From: Chitinophagaceae bacterium
Lineage (GTDB): Bacteria; Bacteroidota; Bacteroidia; Chitinophagales; Chitinophagaceae
Reading direction: 5' to 3'
NCBI GenBank assembly: GCA_044351575.1
Contig: JBILFN010000001.1
Location: forward strand, 1-54,305
DNA: 54,305 nucleotides
A model generated the notes under the pieces. That model made no database searches. It was not told the DNA's origin and saw nothing but the letters and a program-made list of their open reading frames with translations. Shown in pieces: positions 8,284 to 18,936 of this stretch. How positions within the stretch are numbered: the first letter of the stretch is position 1; every line of letters starts with the position of its first letter. Both the position numbers and the translations under genes were made by a program.

Positions 8284-8901
8284 ATGAAAGGTATTATTGG
8301 GAAAAAGGTCGGAATGACCAGCATCTTCGATCCCACCGGAAAACAAACTGCCTGCACTATCATTGAAGCAGGACCCTGTGTCGTGACCCAGGTCAAGACG
8401 AAAGACACAGACGGGTACAGCGCCTTACAACTTTCTTTTGGCGAGAAAAAAGAAAAGAACGCCTCCAGCGCTGCCATCAATCACTTCTCCAAAGCCCAAA
8501 CATCTCCCAAGCGTTTCTCGAAAGAGTTTCGTGATTTTTCTATTGCCAAGAACATTGGCGAGACCGTTACCGTAGACATTTTTGCCGAAGGTGAGACCAT
8601 CGAAGTGGTGGGTACTACCAAGGGTAAAGGTTTTCAGGGCGTGGTCAAGCGTCATGGATTCTCCGGTGTGGGACAGCAGTCGCATGGTCAACACGATCGT
8701 CAGCGTGCTCCCGGATCGTTGGGTAACTCCTCTGATGCCAGCCGCGTTATGAAAGGAATGCGCATGGCGGGTCGTATGGGTAACGATCGCGTTAAGATGA
8801 AGGGCCTCAAAGTGGTCAAGATCTTCGCCGACAAAAATTACATTCTGGTCAGCGGATCTGTTCCAGGTCACAACGGTTCAATTGTACTCATTCAAAAATA
8901 A
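8284..8901 (+). CDS. rplC: 50S ribosomal protein L3
   Basis: MKGIIGKKVGMT, KGKGFQGVVKRHGF, MAGRMG. Confidence 0.99.
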   Translation: MKGIIGKKVGMTSIFDPTGKQTACTIIEAGPCVVTQVKTKDTDGYSALQLSFGEKKEKNASSAAINHFSKAQTSPKRFSKEFRDFSIAKNIGETVTVDIFAEGETIEVVGTTKGKGFQGVVKRHGFSGVGQQSHGQHDRQRAPGSLGNSSDASRVMKGMRMAGRMGNDRVKMKGLKVVKIFADKNYILVSGSVPGHNGSIVLIQK

Positions 8902-8935
8902 GTTCGCCTTCGCGCGCTGAAAAACTGATACGAAA

Positions 8936-9571
8936 ATGAAAATCGAAGTTTTAAATACTAAAGGAAGCGCTACCGGTCGTTCGGTAGAATTACCAGAGGA
9001 GATCTTTGGTGCGGCTCCCAACAATCACGTGATCTACCTGGCCGTAAAGCAATATCTCGCTGCACAGCGTCAAGGTACGCACAAGGTAAAGACCCGCGCC
9101 GAAGTGAAAGGAGCCAGCCGTAAGCTCCACAAGCAAAAGGGTACCGGCGGAAGCCGTAAGGGTAATATCCGTAACCCTCTGTACAAAGGCGGTGGTACCA
9201 TCTTTGGACCCAAGCCTCACAGCTATGACATTAAGCTAAACCGTAAGGTTAAAGACCTGGCCAAGATCTCTGCCCTCAGCTATAAGGCACAAGAAAAGGC
9301 GATCGTAGTAGTCGAAGACATCGCTATGGAGACTCCCAAAACCAAGCAGTTCATGGAGATCTTGGGTAACCTCAAAGTGGCCGATAAAAAGACGCTTTTT
9401 GTTTCTCCAGAGTATAACGATAACGTGGAGCGTTCGCTGCGCAACGTGCCCTCCGTATTGGGGGTGTTGTTGAGCGATATCAATACCTACGATATCGTAA
9501 ACTCAGAAGTGCTGGTCATGACCGAGAGCGCTGCCAAGATATTTGCCGAGGACGAAACTGCCGAGGCCTAA
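8936..9571 (+). CDS. rplD: 50S ribosomal protein L4
   Basis: RQGTHKVKTRAEV, KQKGTGGSRKG, GGGTIFGPKP. Confidence 0.99.
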   Translation: MKIEVLNTKGSATGRSVELPEEIFGAAPNNHVIYLAVKQYLAAQRQGTHKVKTRAEVKGASRKLHKQKGTGGSRKGNIRNPLYKGGGTIFGPKPHSYDIKLNRKVKDLAKISALSYKAQEKAIVVVEDIAMETPKTKQFMEILGNLKVADKKTLFVSPEYNDNVERSLRNVPSVLGVLLSDINTYDIVNSEVLVMTESAAKIFAEDETAEA

Positions 9572-9594
9572 TTAACTGAATAAATTAAGTAGAC

Positions 9595-9894
9595 ATGAGA
9601 CTTTCTGAAATACTGATCAAGCCCATCCTGACCGAGAAGGCCAATGCCCAACAGGAAAAGCTGCGTCGTTATGCTTTTAAAGTAGCTCGCAAGGCTAACA
9701 AACTCGAGATCAAAAAAGCGGTCGAGAGTTTTTATGGCGTTACGGTCACCAATGTTAATACGTCGGTGGTGCCCGGAAAGCACAAGAGCCGTTTTACCAA
9801 GAGCGGTGTCGTATCGGGTCGCAAGCCTGCCTATAAAAAAGCATTCGTAACTGTTGCCGAAGGAGAGAATATCGATCTGTACGCAACGATCTAA
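9595..9894 (+). CDS. rplW: 50S ribosomal protein L23
   Basis: PILTEKA, ANKLEIKKAVE, YKKAFVT. Confidence 0.98.
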   Translation: MRLSEILIKPILTEKANAQQEKLRRYAFKVARKANKLEIKKAVESFYGVTVTNVNTSVVPGKHKSRFTKSGVVSGRKPAYKKAFVTVAEGENIDLYATI

Positions 9895-9946
9895 TTAAAA
9901 AAAGAATGGCCTCAACAGCCGCTAATGTTGAATAAAAAAAAGAAGT

Positions 9947-10783
9947 ATGGCACTACGTAAATTCAAACCTATCACCGCTGGTACCCGCTGGAGAATCGGC
10001 AATGCGTATGCGGAGGTAACCACCAATGAACCGGAGAAAAGTCTGATCGAGGCCAAGCCACGTACCGGTGGCCGTAACTCATCGGGACATCTTTCGATGC
10101 GTTATCGTGGCGGCGGACACAAGAAGAAGTACCGCATTATCGATTTTAAGCGCAATAAGGCCGGTGTTGCAACGGTTGAATCTATCCAATACGATCCGAA
10201 TCGTACGGCTTTTATTGCCCTATTGGTCTATGCCGATGGCGAAAAGCGTTACATCCTGGCTCCTCAGGGATTGCAAGTGGGTGCCAACGTAGAAAGTGGT
10301 GCCAATGTGGCTCCCGAGGTTGGCAATGCCCTTCCTATGCGCAACATGCCACTCGGTACCAATGTACACAACATAGAAATGCAACCCGGTCAGGGCGGTA
10401 AACTCGCTCGCAGTGCCGGTTCTTCTGCACAACTTTCGAATAAGGAAGATCGTTACGCCGTACTTAAAATGCCCAGCGGAGAACTTCGCAAGGTGTTGAT
10501 CGATTGCTATGCCACCGTAGGGGTGGTCAGCAACAGCGATCACAGTTTGCAGAGCATGGGTAAGGCCGGTCGCAACCGCTGGAAAGGAATTCGTCCCCGT
10601 AACCGCGGGGTAGCCATGAACCCTGTCGATCACCCGATGGGTGGTGGTGAGGGTAAGGCCTCCGGAGGTCAGCCTCGCAGCAGAAACGGTCAATACTCTC
10701 GTGGTCTTAAGACACGTACGGTGGGTAAGTCCAGCGACAAACTGATCATCCAGCGCAAGAACGGAAAAAAACTGAGTAAATAA
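9947..10783 (+). CDS. rplB: 50S ribosomal protein L2
   Basis: [28 protein letters not shown]. Confidence 0.99.
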   Translation: MALRKFKPITAGTRWRIGNAYAEVTTNEPEKSLIEAKPRTGGRNSSGHLSMRYRGGGHKKKYRIIDFKRNKAGVATVESIQYDPNRTAFIALLVYADGEKRYILAPQGLQVGANVESGANVAPEVGNALPMRNMPLGTNVHNIEMQPGQGGKLARSAGSSAQLSNKEDRYAVLKMPSGELRKVLIDCYATVGVVSNSDHSLQSMGKAGRNRWKGIRPRNRGVAMNPVDHPMGGGEGKASGGQPRSRNGQYSRGLKTRTVGKSSDKLIIQRKNGKKLSK

Positions 10784-10807
10784 TTTTCTAACACAACGAC
10801 AATCAAT

Positions 10808-11077
10808 ATGGCTCGTTCGATCAAAAAAGGACCTTATATCGCTACCCATCTCGAGAAGAAAGTGGTGGCCATGAATGACGGCAAGACCAAAAAAGGAGTT
10901 ATCAAGACCTGGAGCCGTCGCTCTACGATCAGTCCTGATTTCGTGGGACACACCTTTGCCGTTCACAATGGCAACAAGTTTATCCCCGTGTATGTAACCG
11001 AATTTATGGTGGGTCACAAGTTGGGTGAGTTTGCCCCGACCCGCCAGTTCAAAGGTCACTCTAAAAAAGAAGCGTAA
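10808..11077 (+). CDS. rpsS: 30S ribosomal protein S19
   Basis: [30 protein letters not shown]. Confidence 0.99.
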   Translation: MARSIKKGPYIATHLEKKVVAMNDGKTKKGVIKTWSRRSTISPDFVGHTFAVHNGNKFIPVYVTEFMVGHKLGEFAPTRQFKGHSKKEA

Positions 11078-11096
11078 TCCTAAGAAACTAATTATC

Positions 11097-11453
11097 ATGG
11101 AAGCAGTAGCTAAACTGAGAAATTATCCCACTTCGCCCCGCAAGATGCGCTTGTTGGCCGACATGATCCGTGGCCAAAAAGTAGAGAAAGTGCTGGCGCA
11201 ACTGGAGTTCAATCCCAAGCACCCCGCCGTTCCCCTGCGCAAACTGGTACTGAGTGCCATCAGCAATTGGAAACAAAAGAACGAAGGGGGCGATGAAAGT
11301 GCGTTGATCATCAAGACCATTTTCGTGGATGGCGCCCGTAGCATCAAGAGAATGCGTCCGGCTCCCCAGGGTCGTGGCTACCGTGTTCGCAAGCGTAGCA
11401 ATCACGTGACCGTGATCGTCGATACAAAAGAATCTAAATCATCAAACGAATAA
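11097..11453 (+). CDS. rplV: 50S ribosomal protein L22
   Basis: SPRKMRLLADMIRG, RPAPQGRG, KRSNHVTV; start at ATG 11097. Confidence 0.98.
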   Translation: MEAVAKLRNYPTSPRKMRLLADMIRGQKVEKVLAQLEFNPKHPAVPLRKLVLSAISNWKQKNEGGDESALIIKTIFVDGARSIKRMRPAPQGRGYRVRKRSNHVTVIVDTKESKSSNE

Positions 11454-11465
11454 CCTACACCAAAC

Positions 11466-12245
11466 ATGGGTCAGAAAGCAAATCCGATTGGTAATCGTTT
11501 AGGCATCATCCGCGGATGGGAGTCTAACTGGTACGGCAACAGAAAAGATTTTGCCGGAAAGCTGATCGAAGATCACAAGATCAGGGCTTACCTCAACGCG
11601 CGTATCAACAAAGGCGGTATCTCTAAGATCGTCATTGAGCGTACGCTGGGTAAACTGATCGTTACCATTCACACGTCGAAGCCCGGTATCATTATCGGTA
11701 AAGGCGGTGGAGAAGTAGATCGCATCAAAGAAGAGCTTAAGAAGCTTACCGGTAAAGAAGATGTGCAGATCAACATTCTCGAGATCCGTCGTCCCGAGCT
11801 GGACGCCATGATCGTGGGTGACAATATTGCCCGTCAGATCGAGAACCGCATCAACTTTAAGCGGGCTACCAAACTTGCCATCGCTTCTGCGCTCCGAATG
11901 GGTGCCGAGGGGATCAAGATAAAATTAAGTGGTCGTTTGGCCGGTGCCGAGATCGCCCGTAGCGAAGAGTTCAAGCAAGGTCGTGTACCGCTGCATACGT
12001 TCCGTATGGATATCGATTATGCCAATGTGTTCGCACAGACGGTGTATGGAAAGATCGGTATCAAAGTATGGATCTGTAAAGGTGAAGTATTGGCCAAGCG
12101 TGATCTCAACCCCAACTTCGTGGGTGGCAAGGCAGACATGAGTGAACGCAGAGGAGGCCGCGAAGAGGTACGTGGAGATCGTCGCGATGACAGAAGGGGA
12201 GGAGCCGGCGATCGTGGTCGCGGTGGAAGAGAGCGTCGTGGTTAA
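11466..12245 (+). CDS. rpsC: 30S ribosomal protein S3 with an R/G-rich C-terminal tail
   Basis: [33 protein letters not shown]. Confidence 0.99.
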   Translation: MGQKANPIGNRLGIIRGWESNWYGNRKDFAGKLIEDHKIRAYLNARINKGGISKIVIERTLGKLIVTIHTSKPGIIIGKGGGEVDRIKEELKKLTGKEDVQINILEIRRPELDAMIVGDNIARQIENRINFKRATKLAIASALRMGAEGIKIKLSGRLAGAEIARSEEFKQGRVPLHTFRMDIDYANVFAQTVYGKIGIKVWICKGEVLAKRDLNPNFVGGKADMSERRGGREEVRGDRRDDRRGGAGDRGRGGRERRG

Positions 12246-12281
12246 TAAACATTTGATTAAAGAAACTTGAAATAGACTAGC

Positions 12282-12704
12282 ATGTTACAGCCAAAAAGAA
12301 CCAAGCACAGAAAAATGCAAAAGGGGCGCATGAAGGGTGATGCCAAGCGTGGCGCTACCATCGCCTTTGGATCGTATGCCCTTAAGGCGCTGGACCAGCA
12401 TTGGATCACCGATCGTCAGATCGAAGCGGCCCGTCAGGCGCTGACCCGCGAGATGAAGCGTGAGGGTAATGTATGGATCCGCATCTTCCCTGACAAGCCA
12501 ATTACACGCAAGCCCGCCGAAGTGAGGATGGGTAAGGGTAAGGGTAATCTGGAATTCTGGGCGGCGGTAGTGAAACCCGGTCGCATCTTGTTCGAGGTCG
12601 ATGGAGTGAGCGAGCAAGTAGCCCGCGCCTCTTTATCGCTGGCCGCCGGTAAACTGCCCATCAAAACTAAATTCATTGTACGCCGTGACCTGGTCACTGC
12701 CTAA
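12282..12704 (+). CDS. rplP: 50S ribosomal protein L16
   Basis: [27 protein letters not shown]. Confidence 0.99.
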   Translation: MLQPKRTKHRKMQKGRMKGDAKRGATIAFGSYALKALDQHWITDRQIEAARQALTREMKREGNVWIRIFPDKPITRKPAEVRMGKGKGNLEFWAAVVKPGRILFEVDGVSEQVARASLSLAAGKLPIKTKFIVRRDLVTA

Positions 12705-12723
12705 CCGATAAACGCTTATTACG

Positions 12724-12933
12724 ATGTCTAAGAAAGCAGAATTTGTAAAGAGTATTCACGGCATGAACGAGCAAGACCTTCGCGCCCGTTTGTCCGAAGA
12801 CCAACAGCGACTCAAGAAGCTCGAGTTCGCTCATGCGATCTCTCCGCTCGAGAATCCCATGACCATCCGCGGACTGCGTCGTGATATCGCTCGTCTCAAG
12901 ACCGAAATCAAGTTAAAGCAACAGCAAGCCTGA
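12724..12933 (+). CDS. rpmC: 50S ribosomal protein L29
   Basis: [19 protein letters not shown]; position between rplP and rpsQ. Confidence 0.96.
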   Translation: MSKKAEFVKSIHGMNEQDLRARLSEDQQRLKKLEFAHAISPLENPMTIRGLRRDIARLKTEIKLKQQQA

Positions 12934-12946
12934 TAAAAACCCCAAC

Positions 12947-13204
12947 ATGGAAGCCAGAAATTTAAGAAAGACCAGGATCGGTGTCGTAACCAGCAACAAG
13001 ATGGCAAAGACCATTACCGTTGCGGTCGAAAGAAAGGTAAAGCACCCTATCTATGGTAAGTTCGTAAAGAAAACCACCAAGTTCCATGCGCATGACGACA
13101 AGAACGAATGCAGCATCGGAGACGTGGTAAAGATTATGGAGACTCGTCCGCTGAGCAAGACCAAGCGGTGGCGCCTGATCGAAGTGGTAGAAAAAGTGAA
13201 GTAA
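12947..13204 (+). CDS. rpsQ: 30S ribosomal protein S17
   Basis: [28 protein letters not shown]. Confidence 0.99.
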   Translation: MEARNLRKTRIGVVTSNKMAKTITVAVERKVKHPIYGKFVKKTTKFHAHDDKNECSIGDVVKIMETRPLSKTKRWRLIEVVEKVK

Positions 13205-13241
13205 TATCTGATCGCAACGTAAATTATTAAAATTAGTTAGC

Positions 13242-13610
13242 ATGATACAACAAGAAAGCCGGTTGAACGTAGCCGATAACAGTGGTGCCAAAGAGGTGCT
13301 CTGTATTCGTGTTCTAGGTAACAGCGGACAGCGTTATGCCCGAATCGGAGATAAGATCGTCGTGACCATAAAGGATGCATTACCTGCCGGCGGTATCAAA
13401 AAAGGAACAGTGGCCAAGGCCGTTATCGTTCGCACTACCAATAAGCTGCGTCGCAAGGACGGATCTTACATTCGTTTCGATGATAATGCGGTGGTGATCC
13501 TTAACCAATCGGACGAGCCTCGCGGCACGCGGATCTTCGGGCCTGTTGCCCGTGAACTGCGCGACAAAGGATACATGAAAATTATTTCACTGGCCCCTGA
13601 GGTACTTTAA
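13242..13610 (+). CDS. rplN: 50S ribosomal protein L14
   Basis: [34 protein letters not shown]. Confidence 0.99.
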   Translation: MIQQESRLNVADNSGAKEVLCIRVLGNSGQRYARIGDKIVVTIKDALPAGGIKKGTVAKAVIVRTTNKLRRKDGSYIRFDDNAVVILNQSDEPRGTRIFGPVARELRDKGYMKIISLAPEVL

Positions 13611-13646
13611 AATTGTCAACGGGTTACAACCTATAACGAATACATT

Positions 13647-13982
13647 ATGAAAGCAAGATTCAAAGCCAAGTTCAACATCCGCAAGGGAGACACCGTTGTG
13701 GTGATCGCCGGCGACGACAAAGACCTGGCCAAACCCCGCACGGTACGTGAAGTGCTGGTAGAAAAAGGAAAGGTGATCGTAGAGGGCGTTAACATCATCA
13801 CCAAGCACTCTAAGCCTACGGCACAAAATACCAAAGGCGGCATTGTTAAGAAAGAAGCTCCTATCAGCATCAGCAATGTGATGTTATGGGATGCCAAGGC
13901 CAAGGCTCCCACCCGTGTAAAGCGCGAAAGGGAGAATGGCAAGACCCTCAGAGTTTCTAAAAAATCAGGAGAAAAGATATGA
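13647..13982 (+). CDS. rplX: 50S ribosomal protein L24
   Basis: [28 protein letters not shown]. Confidence 0.98.
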   Translation: MKARFKAKFNIRKGDTVVVIAGDDKDLAKPRTVREVLVEKGKVIVEGVNIITKHSKPTAQNTKGGIVKKEAPISISNVMLWDAKAKAPTRVKRERENGKTLRVSKKSGEKI

Positions 13983-14551
13983 GTACTACAACCTATACCC
14001 CCAGATTGGCTTCCAAGTATAAGCAGGAAGTGGTACCTGCCTTGGTCAAGAAGTTCAACTACGAGACCGTTATGCAGGCCCCTCGTCTCGAAAAGATATG
14101 CATCAACCGTGGTGTAAATGGTGCGGTATCCGATAAAAAGACCATTGATATCGCCATCGACGAGCTGACTACCATTGCCGGTCAAAAGGCCGTTCCAACG
14201 ATGTCAAAGAAGGACATCTCGAACTTCAAGCTGCGTAAGAACATGCCCATCGGTGCCAAAGTAACACTGCGTGGAAACAGAATGTACGAGTTCCTCGATC
14301 GTCTTATCGCCGTGGCACTGCCCCGTGTGCGTGACTTCAAGGGTGTTAACGACAAGTCGTTCGACGGACGCGGTAACTACACACTGGGTGTAACGGAGCA
14401 GATCATCTTTCCCGAGATCGACATCGACAAGGTGAACAAGATAACCGGTATGGACATCACTTTTGTAACTACGGCTAACACCGATCAGGAAGCCTATGAG
14501 TTGCTCAAGGAGATGGGAATGCCTTTCAAAAACGCTAAATCAACTAATTAA
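13979..14551 (+). CDS. rplE: 50S ribosomal protein L5
   Basis: [28 protein letters not shown]; ATGA overlap with rplX. Confidence 0.99.
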   Translation: MSTTTYTPRLASKYKQEVVPALVKKFNYETVMQAPRLEKICINRGVNGAVSDKKTIDIAIDELTTIAGQKAVPTMSKKDISNFKLRKNMPIGAKVTLRGNRMYEFLDRLIAVALPRVRDFKGVNDKSFDGRGNYTLGVTEQIIFPEIDIDKVNKITGMDITFVTTANTDQEAYELLKEMGMPFKNAKSTN

Positions 14552-14564
14552 ATAGTACAACAAC

Positions 14565-14834
14565 ATGGCAAAAACATCCGTAAAAGCCAGACAGCGCAAG
14601 CGTGAGGAGATGGTAGAGCACTACGCAGCCAAGCGCGAAGCACTGAAAAAGGCCGGCGATTGGAAAGCACTCGATGAAATGCCTCGTAATGGCTCTAAAG
14701 TGCGTCTGAAAAATCGTTGCCAACTGTCCGGTCGTCCCAAGGGGTATGTTCGTTTCTTCGGCATATCTCGTGTGGCCCTGCGCGACATGGCACTCAATGG
14801 AAAGATCCCCGGGCTCAAAAAAGCAAGCTGGTAA
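14565..14834 (+). CDS. rpsN: 30S ribosomal protein S14 (89 aa, no zinc-ribbon CxxC pair)
   Basis: [26 protein letters not shown]. Confidence 0.98.
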   Translation: MAKTSVKARQRKREEMVEHYAAKREALKKAGDWKALDEMPRNGSKVRLKNRCQLSGRPKGYVRFFGISRVALRDMALNGKIPGLKKASW

Positions 14835-14852
14835 TCCTTTAAAAAACGAATT

Positions 14853-15251
14853 ATGGTAACAGATCCTATAGCAGACTTTCTAACAAGAATCCGTAACGCC
14901 CAGATGGCAGGTCACCGTGTGGTGGACATTCCTGCTTCGAATCTTAAGAAGCGTATGACGGAGATCCTCTACAACCAGGGCTACATTCTCAAATACAAAT
15001 TTGAGGATGATGCAAAGCAAGGTGTCATCAAGATCGCCTTAAAGTACGATCCCAACACCAAGCAACCTGCCATTCAGCGTATGGAGCGCATTAGCCGCCC
15101 CGGTCTTCGTCAGTATGCGAAGCCCGCTGATTTTCGCAGAGTAAAATCCGGTTTGGGTGTCGCTATCCTTTCTACCTCGAAGGGTGTGATGACCGACAAG
15201 GATGCCAAGGCACAAAATGTCGGAGGAGAGGTACTTTGTCACATTTACTAA
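14853..15251 (+). CDS. rpsH: 30S ribosomal protein S8
   Basis: TDPIADFLTRIRNA, RISRPGLRQY, STSKGVMT, GGEVLC. Confidence 0.99.
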   Translation: MVTDPIADFLTRIRNAQMAGHRVVDIPASNLKKRMTEILYNQGYILKYKFEDDAKQGVIKIALKYDPNTKQPAIQRMERISRPGLRQYAKPADFRRVKSGLGVAILSTSKGVMTDKDAKAQNVGGEVLCHIY

Positions 15252-15265
15252 AAAATTAATTGACT

Positions 15266-15820
15266 ATGTCTCGTATAGGTAAAAAAGCGGTAGCAGTTCC
15301 CTCGGGTGTAACCATCACGGTCGGTAAAGACAATGTGATCGCCGTCAAGGGTCCCAAAGGTGAACTTAAGCAGTCCATCGATCGCGATATTACGGTCGAA
15401 GTAAAAGACGGAGAGGTAAACTTCGTGCGCCCCACGGACCAGATCCGTCATCGTGCGCTGCACGGACTCTACCGTGCGCTGGTAGCCAATCTGGTGAAGG
15501 GCGTTACCCAGGGCTATGAAAGAAAGCTCGAGTTGATCGGGGTAGGTTTCAAGGCGTCTAACGCCGGTAACGTACTCGATCTTACGCTGGGCTATTCTCA
15601 CAACATTATATTCGAAGTGCCCAAAGAGATCAAGGTGGCCACGGCTCAGGAGAAAGGGCAGAACCCCATCATTACCCTCGAGGGAATCGATAAGCAATTG
15701 ATCGGTCAGGTGGCCGCCAAACTGCGCAGCTTGCGTAAGCCCGAGCCTTACAAGGGTAAAGGGGTACGCTATGTAGGCGAAGTGGTTCGCAAGAAGGCCG
15801 GAAAAGCAGCAGGTAAATAA
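15266..15820 (+). CDS. rplF: 50S ribosomal protein L6
   Basis: MSRIGK, VKGPKGEL, PEPYKGKGVRY; start at ATG 15266. Confidence 0.99.
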   Translation: MSRIGKKAVAVPSGVTITVGKDNVIAVKGPKGELKQSIDRDITVEVKDGEVNFVRPTDQIRHRALHGLYRALVANLVKGVTQGYERKLELIGVGFKASNAGNVLDLTLGYSHNIIFEVPKEIKVATAQEKGQNPIITLEGIDKQLIGQVAAKLRSLRKPEPYKGKGVRYVGEVVRKKAGKAAGK

Positions 15821-15852
15821 TAAGTAACACGCCATTTTAAATTTTTATATCG

Positions 15853-16212
15853 ATGACACCACAATTCAAAACCCAGCGCAGACAGAACATACGCTACCGC
15901 ATTCGTCGCAAGATCAGCGGCACGGCTACCAAGCCCCGTCTCTCGATCTTTCGCAGCAACGCTGATATCTATGCGCAGCTGATCGACGATATAAGTGGTC
16001 AGACGCTCGCTTCGGCCTCGTCTCGCGACAAGGATATTGCCGCGCAGAAAGGATCCAAGATCGAGAAGAGCAAATTGGTGGGTGCAGCCATTGCGCGCAA
16101 GGCCGGTGAGCTCAATATTGCCAACGTTACTTTCGATCGCGGAGGCTACCTCTATCACGGACGTGTAAAGTCTGTGGCCGATGGAGCCCGTGAGGGAGGA
16201 TTACAGTTCTAA
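15853..16212 (+). CDS. rplR: 50S ribosomal protein L18
   Basis: [29 protein letters not shown]. Confidence 0.99.
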   Translation: MTPQFKTQRRQNIRYRIRRKISGTATKPRLSIFRSNADIYAQLIDDISGQTLASASSRDKDIAAQKGSKIEKSKLVGAAIARKAGELNIANVTFDRGGYLYHGRVKSVADGAREGGLQF

Positions 16213-16246
16213 TTGAACCCAATCAACAACGACAAAAAAAACATAC

Positions 16247-16765
16247 ATGTCAAAACTCAATGTAAACAGAGTGAAGGCCGGTGACCTGGAGCTGAAAGAT
16301 AAAGTGGTGGCCATTAACCGCGTGGTCAAGACCACGAAGGGTGGACGCGCATTCAGTTTCTCTGCCCTTGTGGTAGTTGGTAACGGAAACGGCGTGGTTG
16401 GCCATGGTCTGGGTAAGGCCAAGGAGGTGCAGGAAGCCATCACCAAGGGTATTGAAGATGCCAAGAAGAATCTCATCAAGGTTCCGGTTATGAAAGGAAC
16501 GGTTCCTCATGACCAGTGGGCTAAAGAAGGTGCTGCCAAAGTGCTCATCAAGCCCGCCGCACATGGTACCGGTGTAATTGCCGGAGGTTCTATGCGCGCC
16601 GTGCTCGAGAGTGCCGGTGTAACCGACGTATTGGCCAAGTCATTGGGTTCTGCCAATCCTCACAATGTGGTAAAAGCTACGTTTAAGGCCCTGGCCTTAC
16701 TGCGCGAGCCGATCCACGTGGCCAAGACCCGTACCATTGGTCTCAAGAAAGTATTTAACGGATAA
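16247..16765 (+). CDS. rpsE: 30S ribosomal protein S5
   Basis: [31 protein letters not shown]. Confidence 0.99.
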   Translation: MSKLNVNRVKAGDLELKDKVVAINRVVKTTKGGRAFSFSALVVVGNGNGVVGHGLGKAKEVQEAITKGIEDAKKNLIKVPVMKGTVPHDQWAKEGAAKVLIKPAAHGTGVIAGGSMRAVLESAGVTDVLAKSLGSANPHNVVKATFKALALLREPIHVAKTRTIGLKKVFNG

Positions 16766-16775
16766 AATCAGTAAC

Positions 16776-16958
16776 ATGAAGAAGATAAAGGTAACATTGG
16801 TCAAAAGTCCCATCGATCGCCCCGAGCGCCAAAAGTTGACGCTGCAGGCTCTGGGTCTTAACAAAACCAATTCTTCTCGCGAATTGGAGGCCACGCCTCA
16901 GGTGCTGGGTATGGTACGTAAAGTAACTCACCTGGTCAAAGTAGAAGAAACCAAGTAA
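16776..16958 (+). CDS. rpmD: 50S ribosomal protein L30
   Basis: MKKIKVTLVKSPI, ALGLNK, GMVRKVTHLV; start at ATG 16776. Confidence 0.97.
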   Translation: MKKIKVTLVKSPIDRPERQKLTLQALGLNKTNSSRELEATPQVLGMVRKVTHLVKVEETK

Positions 16959-17045
16959 ACGGACAGGTCCCGCGAGGGTCCTTCCCATTATTAAGCGAGC
17001 CCCGTTCCAAATCGCTTTCGGGGCGATAAGTAAACAATAAAAGCC

Positions 17046-17495
17046 ATGAAACTTCATCAATTAAAGCCCGCCAAAGGAGCTACTCACAAGACAAAACGTA
17101 TCGGCCGCGGAGATGGCTCCGGACACGGAGGTACGTCTACCAAAGGAACTAAAGGTGCGCAAAGCCGTACCGGTTTCAAAAGCAAGATGGCCCACGAGGG
17201 AGGCCAGATGCCTATCCAGCGCCGGGTTCCCAAGCGCGGATTCAAGAATCCCCATCGCGTTTCTTACAAAGTATTAAACCTCGGACAGATCGAGCAGTTG
17301 GCTGCCAAGTATAACATCACCGAGTTTTCGCTCGAGAATCTGTACATCAACGGACTAATTGCCCAGACCGATCTGGTAAAGTTGCTCGGTAATGGAGAGC
17401 TGAAAGGGAAATACAGTTTCCGTATCAATGCTGTCAGCGAAAAGGCCAAGGCTGCTGTAGAAGCTGCCGGCGGAACGGTAGAGATCGTAAAATAA
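17046..17495 (+). CDS. rplO: 50S ribosomal protein L15
   Basis: KRIGRGDGSG, EGGQMPIQRRVPKRGF. Confidence 0.99.
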   Translation: MKLHQLKPAKGATHKTKRIGRGDGSGHGGTSTKGTKGAQSRTGFKSKMAHEGGQMPIQRRVPKRGFKNPHRVSYKVLNLGQIEQLAAKYNITEFSLENLYINGLIAQTDLVKLLGNGELKGKYSFRINAVSEKAKAAVEAAGGTVEIVK

Positions 17496-17523
17496 ATTAG
17501 CGGACTAAAACACCCATAGCCCC

Positions 17524-18861
17524 GTGAAGAATTTTTTTCAAACACTAAAGAATATCTGGAGCATCGAGGAGTTGCGCGGCAAGATCCTTTTTACATTGCT
17601 GATGATCACTATCTATCGGATAGGAGCACACATTGCCCTGCCCGGTATCGATCCGGTCAAATTATCGGCCACTGCCGAGAACAGCACTGGTATTTTGGGT
17701 CTGATCGATGCCTTCTCCGGTGGAGCCTTTAATCAAGCCTCCATCTTTGCGCTGGGTATTATGCCTTACATCTCTGCCTCTATCTTCGTACAGCTGTTGA
17801 CCGTTCTGGTGCCACGCTTTCAGAAGATGCAAAAAGAAGGGGAGAGCGGAAGAAAGAAGATCAATCAATACACGCGTTACCTTACCGTTATTGTTACTTT
17901 ATTGCAAGCCTCTGCTTATGTAACCTATCTGCAAGGATTGACCCAACAGGGTGGCGGCATCATTGCCGGCTTTGCTCCCTACTTCTGGCTTACTACCGTA
18001 GTGGTGCTTACCGCCGGTACATTGTTCGTAATGTGGATGGGAGAGAAGATCACCGACAAGGGACTTGGTAACGGAACCTCACTGATCATCATGATCGGTA
18101 TCTTGGCCCGTCTTCCTCAATCATTCTTACAAGAGTTGAGTGCCAAGTCGGTTCGTAATGGACAAATACTGGTCTTTATCGTTGAGATGGCCATCCTGAT
18201 CGCCATTATTATGGGATGTATCTTGCTGGTACAGGGTGTTCGAAAAGTTCCTGTCAATTATGCCAAGCAGATCGTGGGCAGTCGTCAGTTTGGCGGAGCC
18301 CGTCAGTTCTTGCCTCTTAAGGTCAACAGTGCCGGTGTAATGCCTATCATCTTTGCACAGGCCATTATCTTTATCCCTACCATTTTCGCCAATTACAATA
18401 CGCAGAATAATGCGTTTCTACAGGCGATCACCGACCAAAGTAATATTTGGTACATGATCATCTACTCGGTGGTCGTGATCGGTTTTACGTTCTTGTATAC
18501 GGCCCTTATTTTTAATCCTAAGCAGATCGCCGATAATCTAAAACAGAATAACGGATTCGTGCCCGGCGTTAAACCCGGACAGCCGACGGCTGATTACATC
18601 GGCGCTATTATGGATCGTATTACTTTTCCTGGTGCCATCTTACTGGCGCTGGTAGGAATTTTGCCCGGTATCGCCGAGCGATTGGGTGTTACTCAACAGT
18701 TCTCCACTTTCTTTGGAGGTACTTCGCTGTTGATTATGGTGGGCGTAATACTCGATACCTTACAGCAGATCGAAACACAATTGTTGATGCGTCAATACGA
18801 TGGTCTTATGAAAAGCGGTCGTATTCAAGGTCGTCAGGCTTCAGCACCCGTCGACATGTAA
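17524..18861 (+). CDS. secY: preprotein translocase subunit SecY
   Basis: SIFALGIMPYISASI, GLGNGTSLII, PLKVNSAGVMPIIFA, FGGTSLLIMVGV; GTG start. Confidence 0.99.
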   Translation: MKNFFQTLKNIWSIEELRGKILFTLLMITIYRIGAHIALPGIDPVKLSATAENSTGILGLIDAFSGGAFNQASIFALGIMPYISASIFVQLLTVLVPRFQKMQKEGESGRKKINQYTRYLTVIVTLLQASAYVTYLQGLTQQGGGIIAGFAPYFWLTTVVVLTAGTLFVMWMGEKITDKGLGNGTSLIIMIGILARLPQSFLQELSAKSVRNGQILVFIVEMAILIAIIMGCILLVQGVRKVPVNYAKQIVGSRQFGGARQFLPLKVNSAGVMPIIFAQAIIFIPTIFANYNTQNNAFLQAITDQSNIWYMIIYSVVVIGFTFLYTALIFNPKQIADNLKQNNGFVPGVKPGQPTADYIGAIMDRITFPGAILLALVGILPGIAERLGVTQQFSTFFGGTSLLIMVGVILDTLQQIETQLLMRQYDGLMKSGRIQGRQASAPVDM

Positions 18862-18882
18862 AACATTGTTTTGTGAATAGCT

Positions 18883-18919
18883 AAGCCCGGTCGGTAAAAC
18901 GGCCGGGTTTTATTTTTTT
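18883..18919 (+). terminator. intrinsic terminator after secY
   Basis: AAGCCCGGTCG-gtaaaa-CGGCCGGGTTT hairpin (G-U pairs included) followed by a T-rich tract. Confidence 0.8.
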
Positions 18920-18936
18920 AGAAGATATTTGCAGCC

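Noticed and set aside
10220-11098. Long antisense ORFs over highly expressed genes (e.g. 10220-11098, 5783-6496, 15248-15835, 22131-22739)
   Set aside because: Shadow ORFs expected from the codon bias of the real genes on the opposite strand.
12140-12245. R/G/D-rich low-complexity tail of S3, and the acidic Pro-rich FtsK linker
   Set aside because: Low-complexity extensions are common in these protein families.
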